Below, piece after piece: positions 18,601 through 25,768 of a stretch of DNA of 64,000 nt (its first letter is position 1; each line of letters opens with the position of its first letter). The stretch covers positions 32,001-96,000 of the IMG/VR virus record IMGVR_UViG_3300042882_000899, one strand, 5' to 3'. The translations under genes and the position numbers were made by a program. The notes beneath the pieces were generated by a model that saw only the letters and a list, made by a program, of their open reading frames with translations, ran no database searches and was not told where the DNA came from. Origin of the DNA: a virus.

Positions 18601-18925
18601 TTGAGTCCGCCTTTCGTTTGTTGATAGTAGCAATTATAGCCTATCCCACTGACATTTTCTAATTACTAGCGAGTAATTCCAAATAATGAGACGCTCAAGT
18701 CATGTGATAAAAATCACAAAATCTCGGGCGTGTCGCAAATTCCAGGGGTTGTGGATAACTCCCGTAACCCTGTGGATAACCCCGCTCTTTTGCGGGCGCA
18801 TCAACTTTTGTCAAGTCGACACGCCGTTACTTATTTAAAATCTTTAAAAATTTCCTCAAGCTTTAAGATTTGCTCATCTGTTAAATGATCAATTTCAATT
18901 GCTTTTTCAAATCCAAAAAAATCTG

Positions 18926-19141
18926 TCATTCGCTCATCAACCTTTCTAAATCGTCTGCGTTATCTTTCATGTAATTATCTTGAAAATCTAGTAACGCCTC
19001 ATTGTAAGCAATTGGGTCACAATCTTTTAAGATTTGGGAGGGATAGAAAACAGCGTTACCCATTTCATAGACGGGATAACAATCATCAAGCATTTCATCA
19101 AATAATTGTTTAATCGCAAAAGTAATTTCGAAATCTAGCAT
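18926..19141 (-). CDS. hypothetical early protein
   Basis: ORF track; AAGG SD. Confidence 0.7.
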   Translation of the reverse strand: MLDFEITFAIKQLFDEMLDDCYPVYEMGNAVFYPSQILKDCDPIAYNEALLDFQDNYMKDNADDLERLMSE

Positions 19142-19298
19142 TAGTTAGTTTCCTTATCTTTTAGAATGTTAAGAATAATTTGTAATTGTTCAACAGAAAG
19201 AAGTGCTTGAGCACAACCCCATGTAAATGCTAAATCCATTTCTTGATAATGTTTTTTAGCAAGTGTATTTATTTCTTGCGTTAATTCGAAATTAGTTT

Positions 19299-19475
19299 TC
19301 ATTTAGATACATACCAATCTGTCCACATAGGAAGTTGCTCAGGGTCACTATCATAGTAGTAACGCTCAATGTTTTGTTCACAATCCATACAGAAAGTGTA
19401 TTGCTCATCTCCGATTTCTGAGATAGCGGATTTCATAGGGTTATGTTCTTTACATAGCGTGTTTAGTGTAGTCAT
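19299..19475 (-). CDS. small Zn-finger-like early protein (start MTTLNT)
   Basis: AGAAAGG SD; C..H and CxxC. Confidence 0.65.
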   Translation of the reverse strand: MTTLNTLCKEHNPMKSAISEIGDEQYTFCMDCEQNIERYYYDSDPEQLPMWTDWYVSK

Positions 19476-19979
19476 TTGAGACCACCTTTCTTTTTGTTTG
19501 TATGTCGCTATTGTAGCAGGGGGGTCTGACATTTTGACCTGTTTCTCGGGCGTGTCGCAAAACTATTTTTGTGATAAAAATCACATAAATCCTGGGGTTT
19601 TCCACAGATGCCCGTAAGCCTGTGGATAACTCCCGCAAGTACTTGCGGGCCAGCTTGATAATGTCAAGCCGACACGCCGTTAGGCTAGTGTGACTCTTGC
19701 CACAATTCACGCATCTCTGCCATGAAGTCATGGTAGGCGATCCTCGCCATGTATAGGGCGGGAATAGCAATGGCTAATTGTACTAGTGTAGTAAGTAGTC
19801 TATTCATAGTGTAGCAACCGCCTTTATGTCCATTACATTAGCAGTAAACTTTTTACTCTTTCCTAATTCGCTCTCATTAAGAGCATTGATTAGATTATCA
19901 ATAGCCTTTACATCATGAGCAACATTATCGATTGAGATTAGTTTAGAGCCTTGCCAAATTGAGTAAGTGATAGTCATTA

Positions 19980-20168
19980 TTAGTTCTCCCATGTTAGTGC
20001 GTATAGTTTTGCTAGTGCTTCATCATCTTCATCATCAAAGTCATCAAAGTCAAGCGCTGGCGCTTCATCTAGTTCATCATCAAGGTGACGATAGGCGTCT
20101 GATACATCTGATTGGATAGTGTCCCACTTAGAGACGGAATTATTTTCGTATGAGTATGCGTATGACAT
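19980..20168 (-). CDS. small acidic early protein
   Basis: ORF track; D-rich C-terminus. Confidence 0.65.
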   Translation of the reverse strand: MSYAYSYENNSVSKWDTIQSDVSDAYRHLDDELDEAPALDFDDFDDEDDEALAKLYALTWEN

Positions 20169-20805
20169 TATTTATTCATCTCCTTAGCGATAGCCTCTGA
20201 CTTAGTTAGTGCCTCTAGGGCGATTGCTAGGGAGGCAAGGCGTTGCGCCTCTACCATTTGCTTGTATTCATCTAGGTTCATTTATGACCTTCTTTCGTTG
20301 TTGTTATTCTGTAATTGTAGCGTATGGGTCTGACAAATTGGGGAGGTTGGCTAGTGTGTCGGTGTGATACTAGTCACACTCTCCACATGGGCATTGAGGA
20401 AACTCTCGCTCTTGCTTTATGCGGTTAGCGAGTCGCTCTACCTTTAGGTATGTATCAGCGGAGGCACCTCGGAAAGATACTACCTTTCCTTCAGCGATAA
20501 GGTGAGCAGCCTTAGCAATCTTTTGCTCTAGTGTTAGTGAAGTCATTATTTAACTTCCTTTCTTTTTGTTATACCTTAAGCATAGCATGGGGGACTGACA
20601 AATTGACGCAAATCTCGGGCGTGTCGCAAAAAAACCTTTGTGATTAGCATCACACTCACGCTCAAGGCTCAAATAATTATGGGCGCACTATCCAAAATGT
20701 CCGTTTTGTCTAGGATGTGTATCATACATGTAAAAAATATATTAACATTTTTAGAAATCCTAAAAAGCAGTCGACTGGAATATAATGCGGTGGTACAATA
20801 GAAAC

Positions 20806-21546
20806 ATGGAAGATAAAACCTACAAAGAAGCTAACGATATATTCGGAGACAATCAAATATTGTTTATGAATCACGGGTTTTGTCCAGTATCAGAAGATAT
20901 ACAGGATCTTGAATTTAAACATCAGGTAGAGTTATATAATCAAGCTATTAAAGAAATAGATTTAGATGACAAAGTAGTTTTAGAAATTGGTTGCGGAAGA
21001 GGCGGGGGATCAAAATGGATTTCAAGCAAACACAATGTGCCTACATATCATGCTTGCGATATATCTGAAGAAAATATAAACTTTTGTAATAAAACAAATA
21101 CTAATAATAATATAATATACTCAATTATGGATTCTCAAAATTTACAATATCCAGATGATTTCTTTGATCTTGTAATATGCGTAGAGTCTTCTCACAATTA
21201 TAAAAACATGGAACTATTTTTTGAGAACGTAAGACGTGTGTTGAAAAAAACTGGTCAACTGGTTTTATTAGATAACTATGTTCTTGGAGAGGAAGCAATC
21301 CAAAATAAGCTGATGTCTATAGATAGCGTAAAAGGGTCGGCAGTAGGATTTAATGTTTTAGAATATGTCGACATTACTGAAAATGTAAAAGCATCCTGTA
21401 AAGAAGATATCGAATTAATAGACAATTGGGTTTCTGACATAAACGCAGCGGAAAAATTAAAGTCTATATCTTCTGGTTCATACAAAAGATATGAAAATAA
21501 CCGCTGGGCCTATTTTAAATTTAAATTTGGTATGATAGATCTATGA
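20806..21546 (+). CDS. class I SAM-dependent methyltransferase (leaderless start)
   Basis: FMNHG, VLEIGCGRGGG, FDLVICVESSH.Y, RVLK..G; TACAAT 6 nt before the ATG at 20806. Confidence 0.88.
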   Translation: MEDKTYKEANDIFGDNQILFMNHGFCPVSEDIQDLEFKHQVELYNQAIKEIDLDDKVVLEIGCGRGGGSKWISSKHNVPTYHACDISEENINFCNKTNTNNNIIYSIMDSQNLQYPDDFFDLVICVESSHNYKNMELFFENVRRVLKKTGQLVLLDNYVLGEEAIQNKLMSIDSVKGSAVGFNVLEYVDITENVKASCKEDIELIDNWVSDINAAEKLKSISSGSYKRYENNRWAYFKFKFGMIDL

Positions 21547-21864
21547 CATGTTCATTTTGCGATAAATACGCATATACAAGTATAATAGATAACCGCGGGG
21601 TTAAATATCGACTTTGCGAAGTACATGTCAAAAAAATTAGCACAACTTCTTGACTTCGATAAAAGTTAAATGCTACACTTAGTTTGCTTTGTGGGGGGCT
21701 TACCCTGAAACTCAATATGTACCAGATAGTATCTGAGAATATATGTTCCAGGAATTGCTTTCTCTATCTTTCCAAAAAGAAAAAATTTGGGGGGTAGGGG
21801 GGCTTTCCTAAAATCTAATATCCCCAGATAAATCTATAAATACAAACAGAAAAGAAGGTGTATA

Positions 21865-22548
21865 GTGGATAATGGAATAGTCGACAAAGACAAAAACGTA
21901 TACTTTTTGCATATTGCTGGTAATGGTGGAAGAGCTTTAAAAGAATATGTTTTAAATCCATTGTTTGGTAAGCAATCTGATATAGTAGGAAAACATAACG
22001 GGTGGTCAGATTTTATTAATGATCAAACATATGTTATTTGCATATTAAGAGATCCTGTAAAGCATGCTTGCGGATTTTATCTTCACTTTGTATATAAAGA
22101 AAAAGAAGGAACTGATGTAAAGTCCCGATTCCTTGATTACTATAGAAATACAAAGCAGCTTCACAATTTTCAATCTCAAAATATACTTGTTTCAGGACAA
22201 CATTTTAATTATGGGAATGGAAAACACTTTAATGAAGATCTAGCTGATACAGACTTAGATCTACTTAACAGTAGAATTAAAAGAATAGATCTGCTTATAA
22301 GCCAAGATATGCTCCTTAATGACATTCAGCATGTCTCTAATGTTTTGGCTGAAAATTTAGATCTACCAACAATCAAAATTAAAGAAGTTGACAAAACAAA
22401 ATATTCAAATTATATGTCACGCAACTTGTATAAATCTCTTACAGAAGAAGAAAAACAGGAAATTCAAAATTTAAATAGTATTGATTATAAAATTTATAGT
22501 CAACTAAGATTAGAAGAAATAAAAAAACGGGGAGAGTACAAAAATTAA
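21865..22548 (+). CDS. sulfotransferase-like protein (degenerate PAPS motif)
   Basis: YFLHIAGNGG, LRDPV, LNSIDYKIY; paralog of 1242-2036. Confidence 0.65.
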   Translation: MDNGIVDKDKNVYFLHIAGNGGRALKEYVLNPLFGKQSDIVGKHNGWSDFINDQTYVICILRDPVKHACGFYLHFVYKEKEGTDVKSRFLDYYRNTKQLHNFQSQNILVSGQHFNYGNGKHFNEDLADTDLDLLNSRIKRIDLLISQDMLLNDIQHVSNVLAENLDLPTIKIKEVDKTKYSNYMSRNLYKSLTEEEKQEIQNLNSIDYKIYSQLRLEEIKKRGEYKN

Positions 22549-22626
22549 GACTCTATATGCCATTATCATAGTCACAGTAATGACTACTATCCTTGGCATA
22601 CTATATCAGATATGGCTCTAATATTA

Positions 22627-22701
22627 GGGCCTATAGCTTAATCTGGTTAAAGCACTTGTCTTATATACAAGCGACTTTGGGTTCAAATCCCAATGGGCCT
22701 A
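22627..22701 (+). tRNA. tRNA-Ile(TAT)
   Basis: Acceptor stem GGGCCTA/TGGGCCT; anticodon arm CTTGT-CTTATAT-ACAAG; GGTTCAAATCC. Confidence 0.88.
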
Positions 22702-22867
22702 CTTGGTTTAAATAGGGAGTATAATACTTATATGTTAGCTTATGATGTTCCTCTTTCCGCCCTCCTTTTTATTCTATGGGCAGGTGTACCTGTTGAGGAA
22801 TACATAAAAGGTCCGTCTCAGGAAGAAACTCTAGCTTATATTGAGATGTTGAAGAGGATACAGGAGA

Positions 22868-23131
22868 ATGAAAATGAGTAAATACAGTATACTTACTGGT
22901 TTAAACAAAGAGCCTGGAAAATGCGAATATTGTGATGAAGATGCCTATGTTAAGTTAACCATAAAATTAGAAAGTGCTAAAGACCTAAATGATCCTCATA
23001 AATGCGAATCTAGATTCTGCTCTATAAGAGGTGGAGTACAATTAGAAAGCATTAAGTGGTTATGTGCTGAATGTCTAAATGAAAAGCTTCCGCACGATTT
23101 TACGCACATGGGTAAATATGTCAATCTTTAA
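22868..23131 (+). CDS. Zn-finger-like hypothetical protein
   Basis: CEYC...CAEC. Confidence 0.6.
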   Translation: MKMSKYSILTGLNKEPGKCEYCDEDAYVKLTIKLESAKDLNDPHKCESRFCSIRGGVQLESIKWLCAECLNEKLPHDFTHMGKYVNL

Positions 23132-23187
23132 TATTGAGGTCTCTATTTTTCGGCTCACTTTTCGACGCACTTTAGGACTAATCTAAT

Positions 23188-23970
23188 ATGATAAATATTG
23201 ATCAAGATATACTTTACTTAAACAATAAACTTCTTTCTAATGATAGATTTGAAAAAATTCACGATGAAATATACATATGCAAAAAATTTTTATCTGAAGA
23301 AGAGTGCTATATTCTAGTTGAGGATGCAAAAAAAGATATTGGTGCTCAAGGTAAACAATATACAAGCAACCTTTTGATTAATTATAAGGACAGGCTTTTG
23401 AGCTTGATTGATTTTGAGAGTCAAGGCAATATAAAAGAGAGCAATATAAACGGTGGCTGGGATAAGCTTGTCTTACGATCAGATGGTGATTCCGATAAAT
23501 TCCACATAGACATATATAATTATTTAAACAAGTATATGGAATCATCACAGATACAGTTTGATGAAAGACTTGAAAAAATTAATACTTCATTCATGTCATT
23601 TGTGATTTACTTTTCAGAAGACTTTGATGGTGGAAGTATATCTTACCCAGAATACAACTTTAAGTACAAGCCATCTATTGGAGATATGATATTGCATAAT
23701 GTTCAAATTGTTCACGGTGTTGAGCCAGTTACAAGCGGCGAGAGATGGTCGTATCAAGGATCTATAGATATGGTTAAATATATTGAAAAAGATTTATTTA
23801 CTAAGTTTATCGTTGACAATGAATATTTTCAAAATAGACATGACGCTTTAAAGATGCCTAAAGAGCCAGACCATAAGATGAAGGACGATATGTTTTTTTA
23901 TAGAGAAGATCAGTCCCCTCTTTTAAACAAAAGATTACTTAAGTATGTTACTCAGGAGCCATATCTTTAA
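23188..23970 (+). CDS. 2OG-Fe(II) oxygenase (P4H-like)
   Basis: HID, IYF..DFDGG, HGV.PV.SG.R. Confidence 0.85.
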   Translation: MINIDQDILYLNNKLLSNDRFEKIHDEIYICKKFLSEEECYILVEDAKKDIGAQGKQYTSNLLINYKDRLLSLIDFESQGNIKESNINGGWDKLVLRSDGDSDKFHIDIYNYLNKYMESSQIQFDERLEKINTSFMSFVIYFSEDFDGGSISYPEYNFKYKPSIGDMILHNVQIVHGVEPVTSGERWSYQGSIDMVKYIEKDLFTKFIVDNEYFQNRHDALKMPKEPDHKMKDDMFFYREDQSPLLNKRLLKYVTQEPYL

Positions 23971-24784
23971 AGAATTCAGCTGCAAGTTCTTTGCCTTTTA
24001 GTCCAGATTCTTGCATAGCTTTAATTTTTTCTTTAGTAAACTGAGGATTTTGTATTAAAGGCTTCATCCATTCAAGTTCATATCTTTCTGATTTGTCTCC
24101 GATTTGATTGTAGTACTCATCAGTTTTGTAATTATAAAATGTTCCTGGATTATCTTCTGCTCTTAAAACAAAGTTTGAGTATGCGTATCTTGTTCCTGAT
24201 GTAACTTCTCTAACACCGTGTGCATAATCAGCAAAAGCTCCATGTATTACAACATCTCCTTCTTCTGGCTGATATTCTAGGCATGGTCCGTCAAAATTAG
24301 TTGTTTTCTTTGTGCCATCTGGATTAAAGTTTGGATAAAATACAGCACCGCCTTCAAATTTTCCAAAATACCCAACTAGGCCATAATCAATTATGCAGCA
24401 TGTTTGAAAAACATCTGGCTGCGATAGAAGGTGGCATGAGTGCTTTCCTGGAGAATCTGAGTGGATAAACATTCCTCCATCGCCAGGCTTAACTTTTAAA
24501 AAGTTTCTAGATGGATGGATTACGTATTCTGGATATATAAGTTCTGATATATACTCCCAGATATCTATAATTCCACCGATAGGATTAGTAGTTTTTTCAG
24601 CATACCAATCAATTAATGTTTCTTCGTATTGAGTTGTCATCTGAGATTCTTTTTCCAGCTGTTCTCTAACTGACTCTAATATACTTTCTGGTATTATTTT
24701 TTTAAAAACAAAAACTCCTGTTTTTGTACCATATTCATCGATTGTTGAAACAATAGTTTCACACTCTGGTTTATCGTAAAACAT
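23948..24784 (-). CDS. 2OG-Fe(II) oxygenase (P4H-like)
   Basis: HSD, YF..FEGG, HGVREV.SG.R. Confidence 0.85.
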   Translation of the reverse strand: MFYDKPECETIVSTIDEYGTKTGVFVFKKIIPESILESVREQLEKESQMTTQYEETLIDWYAEKTTNPIGGIIDIWEYISELIYPEYVIHPSRNFLKVKPGDGGMFIHSDSPGKHSCHLLSQPDVFQTCCIIDYGLVGYFGKFEGGAVFYPNFNPDGTKKTTNFDGPCLEYQPEEGDVVIHGAFADYAHGVREVTSGTRYAYSNFVLRAEDNPGTFYNYKTDEYYNQIGDKSERYELEWMKPLIQNPQFTKEKIKAMQESGLKGKELAAEFFKDMAPE

Positions 24785-24970
24785 TACTTCCCCCTAAAAA
24801 ATTTATCCATAAGTTTTTCAATTTTGCATAACCAGGATTTACATTTATGATCTTTGTAGTTATTGAAATTAGCAAAGTACGGCCTTGTAGCAACTTGCTT
24901 AAAGTGATCTCTTGCCATTTCTTAATTATACCACCAATAATAAAAAAACCCCATTTCTGGGGTTTTCTTA

Positions 24971-25156
24971 TTACTTCAATAAATTATTAGCTAGCAACTC
25001 ATCATACACTTCTGAAAGAAGGTATTCCATTGCCACTAGGCCTTCAGAAATCTTTGCTTCAACTTCCTCTTCTGGCATTCCAGAACCTTTGCCTAGGTAT
25101 CTATTTCCTTCGAGAAACTTTTCAAGCATTAACTTTATTACAGACTCTTTATCCAT
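24971..25156 (-). CDS. hypothetical protein
   Basis: ORF track; followed by a bidirectional hairpin at 24945-24968. Confidence 0.65.
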   Translation of the reverse strand: MDKESVIKLMLEKFLEGNRYLGKGSGMPEEEVEAKISEGLVAMEYLLSEVYDELLANNLLK

Positions 25157-25379
25157 TTTCTTCCCTTAAGTTGTTGTAAGCTGGACTGGGACCAAGGAGG
25201 AACCCATCTTTATGATATCCTATCATTTTTTCTATTTTTTGTAAATCTTCATCTGATTTAGCAAGCATATTAGCAATTAGGACCATAATGTCATATATTC
25301 TGTGAGACATTATATAATTTACAAGTGGTAAATTGTCTTCTAGAGCATCACTTTTTTCTGGACCCGCCTCATTCAACAT
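25149..25379 (-). CDS. hypothetical protein
   Basis: ORF track; coupled. Confidence 0.65.
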   Translation of the reverse strand: MLNEAGPEKSDALEDNLPLVNYIMSHRIYDIMVLIANMLAKSDEDLQKIEKMIGYHKDGFLLGPSPAYNNLREENG

Positions 25380-25560
25380 CTTTAGTCTTAATTCCGTCTA
25401 TTGCTTCTTGAAGAGTGCTGCCACTTTCAAGGTGGTGATTTAAATATTTAATAAATACAGAAATGGCATTGGCAGCCAAAAAATCAGTATTCATATGTAT
25501 GCATGGGATATTTCTAGAAACAGCCCTAACTAAATCTTGGTCTAGATCAATTTTTTTCAT
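25369..25560 (-). CDS. hypothetical protein
   Basis: ORF track; coupled. Confidence 0.6.
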   Translation of the reverse strand: MKKIDLDQDLVRAVSRNIPCIHMNTDFLAANAISVFIKYLNHHLESGSTLQEAIDGIKTKDVE

Positions 25561-25768
25561 TAATTTCTTTTTCCATTCTGCTGTAAAGTGCTAGTCCTAT
25601 TTGTTTTTTATAATTGCAAGCTAAACAGTATAAGAATATTTCATCTTCTGTGTTAGCATTGGCAAAAAGAAAGCCTTGGCATAATGGGCAATCCATAGAT
25701 GCAACAAGGCCTTCTCTTGCAAGAGTTAAATATGTAGATACTAGCTGTATCTTAATATTAACCCCTTT

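Larger units (their letters stand above)
15363..19629. promoter_or_regulatory. four pairs of DnaA boxes
   Basis: TGTGGATAA at 15386, 17289, 17310, 18750, 18771, 19621; ATATCCACA at 15363; TTTTCCACA at 19598. Confidence 0.8.
8810..19650. repeat. dispersed ~45-60 bp scaffold repeat AATTCCAGGG-N~15-CGTAA-N~13-CCC(-N-TTGCGGGC), 9 copies
   Basis: TTCCAGG(G)-like starts at 8811, 8955, 9711, 12208, 14053, 15355, 17278, 18740, 19590; CGTAA lies 23-24 bp later and CCC ends 20-21 bp after that. Confidence 0.85.
9434..20600 (-). promoter_or_regulatory. 15 PafBC-type (RecA-NDp) promoters TGTCAG-N10-TAnnnT
   Basis: 22-bp copies with low coordinates 9434, 10750, 12071, 13840, 14020, 15276, 16226, 16487, 17201, 18004, 18364, 18633, 19510, 20314, 20579; invariant 10-nt spacer; all on the minus strand and upstream of ORFs. 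Confidence 0.88.
18727..20626. promoter_or_regulatory. CGACACGCC repeats (WhiA-type GACAC core), 5 copies
   Basis: Minus strand at 18727, 19549, 20618; plus strand at 18817, 19670. Confidence 0.6.
15336..20654. promoter_or_regulatory. CRP/GlxR-type palindromes TGTGA-N6-TCACA (7 perfect copies)
   Basis: Perfect at 15336, 16547, 17260, 18703, 19570, 20363, 20639; near-matches at 12101, 12187, 14069, 19689. Confidence 0.8.

Noticed and set aside
8810-19650. Scaffold repeats or 30-bp repeats as a CRISPR array
   Set aside because: Copies are dispersed kilobases apart or are in-frame coding repeats without unique spacers; no cas genes seen
9434-20600. TTGTCA read as an ordinary -35 element
   Set aside because: Only 11 nt separate it from the -10, incompatible with a 16-18 nt spacer
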